Origin: an uncultured Candidatus Entotheonella sp.
GTDB taxonomy: Bacteria; Tectomicrobia; Entotheonellia; Entotheonellales; Entotheonellaceae
Direction: 5' to 3'
NCBI GenBank assembly: GCA_965215335.1
Contig: CBDCDA010000001.1
Location: 544,001-608,000 of the forward strand
DNA length: 64,000 nt
Below are positions 1 through 9,813 of this stretch, piece by piece; within the stretch, counting starts at the first letter, position 1, and the number at the start of each line of letters is the position of its first letter. The position numbers and the translations under genes are program-made. The notes beneath the pieces are model-generated. The model saw only the letters and a program-made list of their open reading frames with translations, was not told the origin of the DNA and ran no database searches.

Positions 1-1173
1 AGGCAGTGCGTCGTCTACGGATGCGGCTTCCCCGTGTTCCCCTATAGCCGAAGAGTCTTCTTCATCCACAGCCCTGGCAGGCTGGAAGACGCTTTCCGCA
101 AGTCGTAAAGCCTCTTGGCGCTCGCTATCCGATCCAACCTCCTGAGCGTTCCTGACATCAATTTTCCATTGTGTAAGTTTTGCCGCCAAGCGAACGTTTT
201 GGCCGCGCTTGCCAATGGCCAGAGACAACTGGTCTTCCGCAACGAGGACTTGCATTGTTTTCTCAGCCTCGTCCACTTCTATGCGCACTGCCTTGGCAGG
301 GCTGAGAGCATTATGTACGAATTGCACTGCATCCTCTGTCCATTGCACGATATCGATCTTCTCCCCCCGCAGTTCCTGAACAACAGACTGCACACGCATG
401 CCCCGCATACCCACGCAGGCACCAATGGGGTCGATGTCCTTGTCATGAGACATGACAGCGATCTTTGCCCTTCCGCTGGCGTCTCTCGCGGCGGCCTTGA
501 TCTCAATGATCCCTTCGTAAATCTCCGGTACTTCCATCTCAAACAGCCGCATCAGGAAAACAGGATGAGTACGGGAAAGGATGACCTGAGGCCCGCTTGA
601 AGATCGCTTGACCTCGATGATATGCGCCCGGATCCGGTCGCCTCGCCTGAACACCTCGCGAAAAGACTGTTCTCGGCGCGGCAAAAGAGCTTCCGTCTTT
701 CCAAGGTCAACCATCAAGTTGCCCTCTCGCTCCACCCGCGTGACGATCCCATTCACGAGGTCGCCCTGTCGATGCTTGAATTCGCGATAGACCATATCCC
801 GCTCGGCTTCACGAACTTTCTGAATAATCACTTGTTTTGCCGTCTGGGCGGCGATGCGGCCGAAATCTTCAAGTTCATACGGTACTTCAACGAGGTCATC
901 CAAACTCACGTCTGGGCACATCTCCCTGGCTTCTTCCAGGTTGATCTCAAGCGCACCATCGGAGATATCCGCCGTCGGAACGACTTTCTTCTCGAAGTAC
1001 AGGGTAATGGCCCCCGTCTCCTCATCCAGGCGTACACCCATGTTGTCAGCCGTGCCAAAACGTTTACGACCAGCCGACAGGATGGCTGAAACGATCGCCT
1101 CGACCAAGGTCTCTTTCTCTATCCCCTTTTCGCGGCTGATCTGATCAATAAGATGTAACAGTTCTGCATTCAC
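1..1173 (-). CDS. nusA: Transcription termination/antitermination factor NusA (3' end runs off window)
   Basis: Missing from the ORF track because the frame is open to base 1. GTG at 1173 after a GGAGG RBS translates MNAELLHLIDQISREKGIEKETLVEAIVSAILSAGRKRFG. Lies directly downstream of rimP. Confidence 0.95.
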   Translation of the reverse strand, partial: MNAELLHLIDQISREKGIEKETLVEAIVSAILSAGRKRFGTADNMGVRLDEETGAITLYFEKKVVPTADISDGALEINLEEAREMCPDVSLDDLVEVPYELEDFGRIAAQTAKQVIIQKVREAERDMVYREFKHRQGDLVNGIVTRVEREGNLMVDLGKTEALLPRREQSFREVFRRGDRIRAHIIEVKRSSSGPQVILSRTHPVFLMRLFEMEVPEIYEGIIEIKAAARDASGRAKIAVMSHDKDIDPIGACVGMRGMRVQSVVQELRGEKIDIVQWTEDAVQFVHNALSPAKAVRIEVDEAEKTMQVLVAEDQLSLAIGKRGQNVRLAAKLTQWKIDVRNAQEVGSDSERQEALRLAESVFQPARAVDEEDSSAIGEHGEAASVDDALP

Positions 1174-1223
1174 CAGCTATGCATTCCTCCTGGGCATCAA
1201 GCTGCACTCCGCATGAGGTCTGT

Positions 1224-1712
1224 TCAGAGTCGGACGCGCTTAGCTCGTTTGAACTCCAATTCGACAACCCCATGGTCAATGGACTGAAACGGGATCGTGA
1301 TCGGCGTTTCGGCGTCGGTGTGAAGAAAGAGATACGATTCCGTTACTGCGGCCAGTCGACCGGTATACTGAGACTTATCCAGATAAGGAGAATGCAAGAA
1401 TACCGTCACCATACGCCGGCATTGGCGCCGGAAATCCCGCAGATTTTTCAAAGGCCTGTCCAAACCGGGAGAAGAGACTTCGAGAACATATGATGCCGGA
1501 ATCAGGTTCTCCGCGTCCAACAACTGACCAATCTCACAACTCAGACTACGACAGTCTTCCAGTGATATGCCATCATGATTATCTACGAAGACTCGTACCA
1601 ACCATCGGCCTTTATGTCGCTGAAGTCGTAATTCAACAAACTCGACACCTTGGGCATCGAGGAAAGGCTTTATAGCTTCACTAACGTGTCGAGACAACGC
1701 TCCACGTTGCAT
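1224..1712 (-). CDS. rimP: Ribosome maturation factor RimP
   Basis: VRVFVD..GISLEDC..S...YVLEVSSPGLDRPL motif; canonical rimP-nusA order. Confidence 0.95.
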   Translation of the reverse strand: MQRGALSRHVSEAIKPFLDAQGVEFVELRLQRHKGRWLVRVFVDNHDGISLEDCRSLSCEIGQLLDAENLIPASYVLEVSSPGLDRPLKNLRDFRRQCRRMVTVFLHSPYLDKSQYTGRLAAVTESYLFLHTDAETPITIPFQSIDHGVVELEFKRAKRVRL

Positions 1713-1774
1713 GAGGGCTCATCAAGGTGGCTATAGAGGGATATGCTGCCTAAAGTGTTGAAATGTGGCCAGTG

Positions 1775-1803
1775 AGTATGGCAAATGCCCCATTCTACTG
1801 CAA
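1775..1803 (-). promoter_or_regulatory. Putative sigma70 promoter for rimP-nusA
   Basis: Minus strand TTGCAG-N17-CATACT about 60 bp upstream of rimP. Confidence 0.5.
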
Positions 1804-2063
1804 GAGAAAAGTCCGTTCCGTCTGGAGACAGCTACGGATAGCATGGACATGATCCGATAGCATCGCCCACCCTGAGATTCGATAACTGCACTGACTCGGT
1901 GACTTATGCTCTCTTGGTACGGTCTCCAACACAGGTCCACGTGCGCTCCGCACCTTCACGGGCCTGGACCAGGAAGAATTCCTCGTGCGATACCAGTCGG
2001 ATAGCGTGCAGTCTGGGTGAATACTATTTCGGATAATGTTTCATACGCCCAAAAACAACGTGA

Positions 2064-3134
2064 TCAGGAGAACAACCGCATGATGTCGTTGTAGAAGGCG
2101 AAGAGCATCAGACACACCAGTATCACCAGCCCCACTTGGTGCGCAATCTCCCGTTTGCGCACGCTGAGAGGCCTGCCTTGCACGATCTCGATCATGAAGA
2201 AAAGCAAGTGACCGCCATCGAGAATAGGAATGGGAAGAAGATTCAAAATGGCCAGACTTACGCTGATGGCAGCGGTTAGAAAGATGACATTGCGCCATCC
2301 ATTGTCGGCCTGTCGGTTTATTTCCTGCGCAATACCGAGCGGGCCCGCAAGGCTTTCCGAAACCGGGATGGCACCGGAGATGATCTGCCCGAATCCCGTG
2401 AACGTAAGCTGCGTTATCCGCCAAGTCCAAACGCAGCCGCGGACGAGCGCCGAAAACGGATCGGTGCGTTGCAAGACAAAATCACCAGGGCGCAATTCCA
2501 CGCCAATACGCCATGCCTCAACATCCTGAACCTTGCGCGGGGTTATGAGAAGACTTTGCTCCCGCCCGTCTCGGTCAATCTGCATGGGAAGCGTGCTGCC
2601 CCTGCTTGTCACGATTTGTTGCCTGAGATCCTCGATTCGCCTAATGATCCGGCCATTCAGGCTGATCACCTTGTCTTCCGCTTGTAACCCAGCAGCAGCC
2701 GCCGCCGAGCCCTCGAGTATGCGGCCGATATATACCGATTGCTCCACCGGATAGCCAATCACCTGGACGACGGCGATGAGAGCAATCGCAAAGAAAATGT
2801 TAAACGCCGGCCCTGCCGCTACAATTGGAATCCGTTTCCACACCGATTGATGTTGAAACGACCCTTCTCGTTCGCTCTCCTTGATTTCGGCATCCAAATC
2901 CTCTCCGTACATCTTGACGTAGCCACCCAGCGGGATGACGGAAAGACGGTATTCTGTGTCACCCCACTTCTTGCGCCAGACTGGCGGCCCAAATCCAATG
3001 GAAAATCGCTCCACAAGTACGCCGGACTTCTTGGCCACGATGAAATGACCAAATTCGTGCACGGCAATGAGGGCGCCAAGCACCGCAAGGAATCGCAATG
3101 CCGCAAAGATAAAAACTGCCAGTGTCGGTTCCAT
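2064..3134 (-). CDS. rseP: RIP metalloprotease RseP (M50, one PDZ domain)
   Basis: HEFGH zinc motif, FSIGFGP, GGYVKM, PDZ (GLQAEDKV), NLLPIPILDGGH. Confidence 0.95.
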   Translation of the reverse strand: MEPTLAVFIFAALRFLAVLGALIAVHEFGHFIVAKKSGVLVERFSIGFGPPVWRKKWGDTEYRLSVIPLGGYVKMYGEDLDAEIKESEREGSFQHQSVWKRIPIVAAGPAFNIFFAIALIAVVQVIGYPVEQSVYIGRILEGSAAAAAGLQAEDKVISLNGRIIRRIEDLRQQIVTSRGSTLPMQIDRDGREQSLLITPRKVQDVEAWRIGVELRPGDFVLQRTDPFSALVRGCVWTWRITQLTFTGFGQIISGAIPVSESLAGPLGIAQEINRQADNGWRNVIFLTAAISVSLAILNLLPIPILDGGHLLFFMIEIVQGRPLSVRKREIAHQVGLVILVCLMLFAFYNDIMRLFS

Positions 3135-3254
3135 CGTGTCATCCCTTCACGAAAACCCCGTGGTTAAGTTGCGCCCCGCGTCCTGCAATACCAAGGTCTA
3201 CCCGCCCGGATGGACTTATCTCGACAAACCCGCCGCAGCCGGATGCGTCATCCA

Positions 3255-4001
3255 TTACTGGGGGGTTGCGAAGTCGCTGGGGCTGAGTACTTCTGTATCT
3301 GGAGGCAGATCAAGCTCGAAGGTATACGTAGGTAACGCTGTGTGAACGGTGAGCGATGAAAGACGGATTTCCGTAAGGTTCCCAATCGGGTCATGGATCC
3401 ACAGACCTTCTATAAAATAACTCCGCGGGTTAACCGCCACGCGCAACTCAGTGAAGCCAGCCAAACGCGAACGCGGCACCAAGCGGATAAGCATCTGCGC
3501 CGTCTCGGTTTCGGGCAGGGTCGTTATGGCGAAAACATCGCGGAGCTTAACGACTCCGGCAAGGAAAAGAAGGGCGACATTGGAACGGGTGCTCTCATCA
3601 ACGGCGCTTTGCAAGAGTTGCTGCCGCTCGGGCGTGTAAATGTGCAAGCCCGAACCATCATAAAGGATGGTTTGTCTTTCCGGCTCGTCATATTCCCAAC
3701 GAATCCAGTGGGGTTTCTCGATGTATAGACGGCCCGACGAAAACTGCTGCCGGTTGATCGATTTGAGGATCGCAACCTGCTCGAAATCAGCGGTCAAGGC
3801 TTTCATGCGATCGTAGGTGACCTGGATTCTGTCAATCAACGTATCAAGTTCCAGGGCCTTGCAGTCACCGATGAACCCCACGATGCCGATGAACACGCCT
3901 AGCAGACAAATGATCGGTAGACGTAGCTGCCGGATCCGTTCACGTCGCCAATCGCCGCACCTTGCCTTCAAATGGCACTCTCCCCAGGCGATCCACCGCA
4001 A
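3255..4001 (-). CDS. lolA: Outer-membrane lipoprotein carrier LolA family (true start may be downstream of 4001)
   Basis: Hydrophobic signal, LTADFEQ, G.LYIEKP..IRWEY..P, D..GN.TEI, F...P. Confidence 0.85.
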   Translation of the reverse strand: MRWIAWGECHLKARCGDWRRERIRQLRLPIICLLGVFIGIVGFIGDCKALELDTLIDRIQVTYDRMKALTADFEQVAILKSINRQQFSSGRLYIEKPHWIRWEYDEPERQTILYDGSGLHIYTPERQQLLQSAVDESTRSNVALLFLAGVVKLRDVFAITTLPETETAQMLIRLVPRSRLAGFTELRVAVNPRSYFIEGLWIHDPIGNLTEIRLSSLTVHTALPTYTFELDLPPDTEVLSPSDFATPQ

Positions 4002-4002
4002 C

Positions 4003-5301
4003 TCACAGGGCGTCGGAAAGCTGTTTCACCAGAGCCACGTTTTCTGTGTGCCCGGTCATATTCGCCCGCACGTGCCCGCGCAAATTTCTGCCAAGCAGGC
4101 ACAAATCTCCAATGATGTCGAGTACTTTATGCCGAACACATTCATCGGGAAATCGCAACTGCACATTGTTTACGATTTTTTCGTCGCCCAGCAAAATGAC
4201 ATTATTCAGGCGCCCGCCGGCGATGAGTCCCATCTCGTGCATCTTTTCCACCTCGCGCACAAACGCGAAGGTGCGCGCCGGGGCAATCTCAAAGCGATAA
4301 CTCGTCCCGCTCCGGTGCTCATATGTGAACTCTTGGATACCTAACGGCTGGGGGTAATGCAAGCGATAGGAGACCTTGAATCCATCGTAAGGCTCGACCA
4401 GAATGAATTTGGCTGCCGGGTCGATTTGGCCCACGTGATAACAGCGGTCCACAACGAATTCTTCCAGTTTGCCCTCCTGCTCGACAACGCCACCTTCCTC
4501 GATGAGTTGACAGAAGGAAGTGGCCGAGCCGTCCATAATGGGTACCTCATCGCCAACCTGGACCAGTAAATTGGTAATGCCGTAAGCATACAGGGCCGAC
4601 ATGAGATGCTCGATTGTTCTGACCGTGAAACCCTGTTGGTGCAACGTCGTGCAAAAGTCGGTGGATGTGACGAAATGAATAGCGGCCGGCAACGTTTCAC
4701 CTGTTGTAACGTTCCTGAAGACAATGCCGCTGTCGGGCGGCATCGGCTCAAGAATAATACCCGTCTTAACACCGGATTGCAGTCCTAGTCCATATCCGAC
4801 CACACCGCAACGCAGCGTGCGCTGGGGACGGTGAGCCGCAAATGGTAAAACCGGGCAGGAGCCGTTCAACAGCGGCGAGGAGGCCACAGGAGACGACCGG
4901 GAAATGACCGGGACATCGCGTGAAGAGCAGGCTCGTTTGATGCTGTCGACCAACCTGTCGAGCGAACAGGGTTTTTCAATGTAATCGAAAGCTCCGAGTT
5001 GAATCGCCTTCACAGCCATGGCAATCGTGCCGTAGCCTGACAACATGATGACAGGACAGGCAGAATCCGTGCCCTGCAAAGCTTGCAGGATTTCAATACC
5101 GTTCATGCCGGGTAGCCAGATGTCAAGGAGCATCACGTCCGGGCGGAAACTGTGGACAATCCTCAGAGCCTCCTGCCCATCAACGGTGCAGGTGGCCTGA
5201 AAGCCCTCATCCTTGAGCGCGCCGGCTAACGCCCTCGACAAGCTCGTGTCGTCATCCACGATCAAGACGCGACGTATTCCCATGTGTACGCTTTCCGTCA
5301 T
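4003..5301 (-). CDS. lpxC: Response-regulator receiver domain fused to UDP-3-O-acyl-GlcNAc deacetylase LpxC
   Basis: N-terminal REC: VLIVDDD, LLDIWLPGMNG, MLSG, EKP. C-terminal LpxC: QRTL, TIEHLMSAL, EVPIMDGSA, PARTF, RHKVLDIIGDL, GH. Confidence 0.92.
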   Translation of the reverse strand: MTESVHMGIRRVLIVDDDTSLSRALAGALKDEGFQATCTVDGQEALRIVHSFRPDVMLLDIWLPGMNGIEILQALQGTDSACPVIMLSGYGTIAMAVKAIQLGAFDYIEKPCSLDRLVDSIKRACSSRDVPVISRSSPVASSPLLNGSCPVLPFAAHRPQRTLRCGVVGYGLGLQSGVKTGIILEPMPPDSGIVFRNVTTGETLPAAIHFVTSTDFCTTLHQQGFTVRTIEHLMSALYAYGITNLLVQVGDEVPIMDGSATSFCQLIEEGGVVEQEGKLEEFVVDRCYHVGQIDPAAKFILVEPYDGFKVSYRLHYPQPLGIQEFTYEHRSGTSYRFEIAPARTFAFVREVEKMHEMGLIAGGRLNNVILLGDEKIVNNVQLRFPDECVRHKVLDIIGDLCLLGRNLRGHVRANMTGHTENVALVKQLSDAL

Positions 5302-5586
5302 TCACCTCGCCTTTGTACAACCTTTAGAGGAATTTCCACCCGGTCGATGTCGGATGTTGACACCGTCTTGTATCTCAAGCCCAGACGCTCACTGAACCGG
5401 TGGCGTTGGGGCGGGCACGCTCAAAACGGGCAAGGCGCGGCAGCGATGGCTCCAGGGTGGTGTGATGACTCAAGTCAACACGATCCAGCGCCGCCCACGG
5501 GTACGCACGGCACGCTTGCGGCTGGAAGCCAGCGGGTCAGGGTAGTGACCGCGCTTCCTGGATACTCCCTCATGACGCGTCCTCGC

Positions 5587-8274
5587 CTAGGGAAGACGAC
5601 GAGCCCTGCGTTGATACTCCGCCAACCTGTTCAAAGCTTCCAGAGGTGACAATTCGTCTACCGCGATCGTACACAGTTCATCCAACAACTGCGCCGAAAG
5701 ATCATCGAAGAGTGAGGGTTGTCGATAGCGCTGTTGTGCGGGAGCAGCGGCGGACTGAGGACGGGCGTGGGCCCCTGCGGATGAGCTGGAGGCCGGGTTT
5801 GATTCGAGACGTGCCAATAATTGGTTGGCCCGGCATACGACGGAAGCCGGAAGTCCCGCCAGCCGTGCAACGTGAATACCGTAGCTGCGATCAGCGCTTC
5901 CCGGTACGATATGTCGCAGAAAGACGATCTGTTCCCCCTCCTCCTGAACCAAGGCGTTGAAATTATGCAACCGTGACAGCCCCTCAGCCAGATTCGTCAA
6001 TTCATGATAGTGCGTGGCGAAAAGCGCCCGCGGCCGCAGGTCCCGATGATCGTGAAGATACTCAATGACGGCCCATGCGATGCTCATGCCGTCATAGGTG
6101 CTGGTACCCCTGCCAATTTCATCCAGCAGGATGAGACTTCGAGCCGTGAGGTTGTGCAGGATATTGGCGGTTTCGGTCATCTCCACCATGAAGGTACTCT
6201 GCCCCTTTGACAGCATGTCCTGTGCCCCCACACGGGTAAATATCCGATCAACAAGGCCAATGCAAGCCTCGCGCGCCGGTATGTAACTGCCGATCTGGGC
6301 CAGCACGACATGGAGAGCCACTTGACGCATGTACGTCGACTTCCCCGCCATATTCGGCCCAGTCAGCAGCAGAATCTGCTGGGCCTCCCGGTTCAGCAGG
6401 GTGTCATTGGGCACGAAACGCTCTTCCTGGTATACGACCTCCAGAACCGGATGGCGGCCGTCCGTAATGGCCAATTGATCGCCCATGTCAAGCGTCGGGC
6501 GACAATACCGTCGAATCGTTGCCGTGTGAGCCAGCGCGGCAACTACATCGATCTGGCTCACGATCTGCGCCATCTGTTGCAAGCGAGCAACGTTGTCGAC
6601 CAGCTGTTTCACCAGGGTGTCGTAGAGTTGATGCTCCAGGCTGACAGCCTCTTCCGCCGCCCGCAGCATCTGCACTTCACGGTCTTTCAGCACCGGTATG
6701 ATAAAGCGTTCGGCGTTCACCAGGGTTTGTTTGCGCACGTAGTGGCCGGGCACTTGGCTCAGGTGCGTCTTGCGCACTTCGATGTAATACCCGAACACTT
6801 TGTTGAATCCGACCCGCAAAGAAGAGATGCCCGTGCGTTCGCGCTCTTGCGCTTCAAATTCACTCAGCCAATTCTTGCCCGACGTGCTCTCCTCCCGCAG
6901 CATTCCTAATTCCTGACAGTAATCCGAGCGTATGACCCACCCATCTCGCAAGATTGCCGAAGGGTTCTCGACAAGCGCGTCCTTGATCAGAACGGCCAGA
7001 TCGGTCAGGGGATCCCATTGTGATGCGAAACCGGCCAGAAGCGTACTGTCGGCACCTTGCAGTGCCTTCTTGATGCCCGGAAGCCCTTCGATAGAGCGGC
7101 GCAAGGCCACGAGTTCGCGTGGTGTGACCGTGCCGAGCGACAACCGACCCATAAGCCGCTCGAGGTCGGCGATCGCTCCCAAAGCGTCACGCAGGCGCAC
7201 CCTCATATTGGGTTTTTCGACGATGTTCGCAACCGCATCCTGTCGCTCTTGCAGGGGAGCCAACCGACACAGGGGTTGCGACAGCCACTCACGCAGGAGG
7301 CGTCCCCCCATGGCCGTAACCGTGGTGTCAATGACTTCCAGGAGGGATCCATTGCGACCCTGTGACACGGGCGACGGCAACAAATCCAGGTTTTGTCTCG
7401 TGGTCTTGTCAAACACCATGAAATCACCCGTGTTGTAGTAATTCAGCCCATGCAGGTGCACCATGTTGTTTTGCTGCGTCTCGTGAACATAGGCCAACAA
7501 GGCACCGGCCGCGGCGATGGCCAGCGGTTGCTCCTCGCATCCAAAGCCCTCCAGCGAGCGCACGGAGAAGTGTTGCGCCAAACGGCGGTAGGCCCGGTCT
7601 ACGCGAAAGTGCTGCGACTCCCACGGCTGGAGCGTATTGGGAAAATGATCCGACGGGCGTTCGACGATATCGACAGGTATCGCAAGGGGCCTCGGAATGA
7701 GAACCTCCCTAGGTTGCACGCGTTCATATTCGCCTCTGAGTGCCTGTTGCCAAGAATCTTCGGATGTCCATGTTGTGACCGCGAAGGTGCCGGTGGAAAC
7801 ATCGACAAATGCGAATCCGGCTCCTTCAGCTGTAATTGCGATGCAGGCCAGAAAGTTGTGGACCTTTGGCTCTAGCGAGTTCGTGCTGACGACGGTTCCT
7901 GGCGTGACGACGCGAACAATGTCGCGCTTCACCAGGCCTTCGGCATGCCTGGGGTCTTCAATTTGTTCGGCAATGGCAACTTTCAGTCCCTGCTGCAACA
8001 AACGATCGAGATACCCCTCAGCGCTGTGGCAAGGAACCCCGCACATGGGTATCGGCTCATTTTGGTGTCTCTGGCGCGAAGTGAGCGTGATGTTGAGAGC
8101 TTTGGCGGCAAGGATGGCGTCGTCGTGAAACAGTTCGTAAAAATCTCCCATGCGAAAAAAGAGCAGCGCGTCGCCGGCCTTGGCCTTCAAGTGCGCGTAC
8201 TGCTCCATCATGGGTGTGAGTTGAGGATTGGGGGCAGTGTCATGAGGAGGACGGGATGAGCCTGATGTGTTCAT
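5587..8274 (-). CDS. mutS: DNA mismatch repair protein MutS
   Basis: TPMMEQY, FFRMGDFYELF, GPNMAGKSTYMRQ, STFMVEM, DEIGRGTS, SYGIHVA. Confidence 0.98.
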   Translation of the reverse strand: MNTSGSSRPPHDTAPNPQLTPMMEQYAHLKAKAGDALLFFRMGDFYELFHDDAILAAKALNITLTSRQRHQNEPIPMCGVPCHSAEGYLDRLLQQGLKVAIAEQIEDPRHAEGLVKRDIVRVVTPGTVVSTNSLEPKVHNFLACIAITAEGAGFAFVDVSTGTFAVTTWTSEDSWQQALRGEYERVQPREVLIPRPLAIPVDIVERPSDHFPNTLQPWESQHFRVDRAYRRLAQHFSVRSLEGFGCEEQPLAIAAAGALLAYVHETQQNNMVHLHGLNYYNTGDFMVFDKTTRQNLDLLPSPVSQGRNGSLLEVIDTTVTAMGGRLLREWLSQPLCRLAPLQERQDAVANIVEKPNMRVRLRDALGAIADLERLMGRLSLGTVTPRELVALRRSIEGLPGIKKALQGADSTLLAGFASQWDPLTDLAVLIKDALVENPSAILRDGWVIRSDYCQELGMLREESTSGKNWLSEFEAQERERTGISSLRVGFNKVFGYYIEVRKTHLSQVPGHYVRKQTLVNAERFIIPVLKDREVQMLRAAEEAVSLEHQLYDTLVKQLVDNVARLQQMAQIVSQIDVVAALAHTATIRRYCRPTLDMGDQLAITDGRHPVLEVVYQEERFVPNDTLLNREAQQILLLTGPNMAGKSTYMRQVALHVVLAQIGSYIPAREACIGLVDRIFTRVGAQDMLSKGQSTFMVEMTETANILHNLTARSLILLDEIGRGTSTYDGMSIAWAVIEYLHDHRDLRPRALFATHYHELTNLAEGLSRLHNFNALVQEEGEQIVFLRHIVPGSADRSYGIHVARLAGLPASVVCRANQLLARLESNPASSSSAGAHARPQSAAAPAQQRYRQPSLFDDLSAQLLDELCTIAVDELSPLEALNRLAEYQRRARRLP

Positions 8275-8297
8275 GACGTGATACGTCCGGATAAGGG

Positions 8298-8762
8298 TCA
8301 GGGCTGACAGCGCTCTGTTGACGCCGGCGGTTCCCTCAGGTGCGAGAGAATTTTTTGTTCGCGGCGTTCCATGCGGCGGCGGGTGGCGGATCGCTCATGG
8401 TCGTAGCCCAACAGGTGAAGCAGGCCATGGGCGAGAAGGAACACGACGCGTTCCTCAAGCGTCTGCCTGAGTTCGTGGGCCTCGCGCGCCGCGGTCGGCA
8501 GTGAAATGACGACATCTCCCAGCAAGAGGGTCTGCGGCTCGCCTTCATAGGTCTGACATTGTGGAAAAGCCAGTATGTTGGTAGGACGGTCTTTGCAGCG
8601 GTAAGTGCGATTCAACGACCGCATGCGCTCGTCATGAACAAAGACCACACTGAGTTCACTATCCTGGCACCCAAGGTAGGCCATCATCCGCCGGGCTTGT
8701 TTCTTCACGAGCGGTGTATTGAGTGCCACGCTTCGCTGGCGATTGTTTATCCATACGGCCAT
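8298..8762 (-). CDS. ybeY: rRNA maturation endoribonuclease YbeY
   Basis: LNRTYR.KD.PT, LGDVVIS, HGLLHLLGYDH. Confidence 0.96.
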   Translation of the reverse strand: MAVWINNRQRSVALNTPLVKKQARRMMAYLGCQDSELSVVFVHDERMRSLNRTYRCKDRPTNILAFPQCQTYEGEPQTLLLGDVVISLPTAAREAHELRQTLEERVVFLLAHGLLHLLGYDHERSATRRRMERREQKILSHLREPPASTERCQP

Positions 8763-8768
8763 GACGCG

Positions 8769-9776
8769 TCAGCGGTCCGAAACGGAGCACGCCGTTTCCT
8801 CCCTCGGCTCCTCAGTCGCTTTTTCCACCCTGTTGCCGTAGCGGTCATAAGCCTTGACAATCTCTTGCACGAGGGGATGGCGCACCACGTCGCGCTCGGA
8901 GAAGTAAACAAAATCGATTCCGTCAATGCCATGCAGAATTCGCTGAATCTGGATGAGCCCCGATTCCTTGCGATTGGGCAGATCGACCTGCGTGACGTCA
9001 CCGGTGATGACGGCTCTGGAATACAAGCCCAGCCGCGTCAGGAACATTTTCATCTGTTCGGTCGTGGCGTTTTGGGCTTCGTCGAGGATGATGAAGGAGT
9101 CATTGAGTGTGCGGCCACGCATGAACGCCAACGGCGCGACCTCGATGGCTCCCCGTTCGATCAGGCGCTGGGCCTCGTCGAATTCCACCATGTCGTACAG
9201 GGCATCGTATAGAGGTCGCAGGTAGGGGTTGACCTTGTCCAACAGGTCGCCGGGGAGAAATCCGAGTCGCTCGCCGGCCTCTACCGCCGGACGCGCGAGA
9301 ATGATGCGACCACACCTTTTTTGCTCAAGCTCCGCCACGGCCATCGCCATGGCCAGATAGGTTTTTCCGGTTCCCGCCGGGCCGATGCCCACCACGATAT
9401 CGTGTCGTCGCATGGCCTGAACGTATCGTCGTTGTCCAAGACTTTTCGGACTGACAAAACTTTTCTTGCACGAAATCGCGATACGCTCGGACCGTATGGT
9501 GCCCGGATTCAACTCCTCGCCATTTTCTATGAGACTGGTCAGGAAGCCCAAGTCGGCGATATCGAGCCGAACACCGGCCTCCAACAAGCGATATGCTCCC
9601 TCCAGCAACTTGACGGCCAACTCAACCGAGGTCGCACTTCCGGCAATGGTTACGATGTTTTTGTGCGCCCGGATTGCAACGGAAAGATGTTCCTCGATGT
9701 AGCGCAAATTGGCATCGTGAATGCCGAATAACTGGGGAATGACCCGCCCGCGTGGCAGCTCGAGAATGTGTTCCAT
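8769..9776 (-). CDS. phoH: PhoH-family ATPase (YbeZ)
   Basis: GPAGTGKTYLA, RPAVEAGERLGFLPGD, AFMRGRTL, DEAQN, VVRHPLV. Confidence 0.96.
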   Translation of the reverse strand: MEHILELPRGRVIPQLFGIHDANLRYIEEHLSVAIRAHKNIVTIAGSATSVELAVKLLEGAYRLLEAGVRLDIADLGFLTSLIENGEELNPGTIRSERIAISCKKSFVSPKSLGQRRYVQAMRRHDIVVGIGPAGTGKTYLAMAMAVAELEQKRCGRIILARPAVEAGERLGFLPGDLLDKVNPYLRPLYDALYDMVEFDEAQRLIERGAIEVAPLAFMRGRTLNDSFIILDEAQNATTEQMKMFLTRLGLYSRAVITGDVTQVDLPNRKESGLIQIQRILHGIDGIDFVYFSERDVVRHPLVQEIVKAYDRYGNRVEKATEEPREETACSVSDR

Positions 9777-9813
9777 GCGCCTGACGTATGCCTCCGCTCA
9801 ATAGCGCTTCGCC

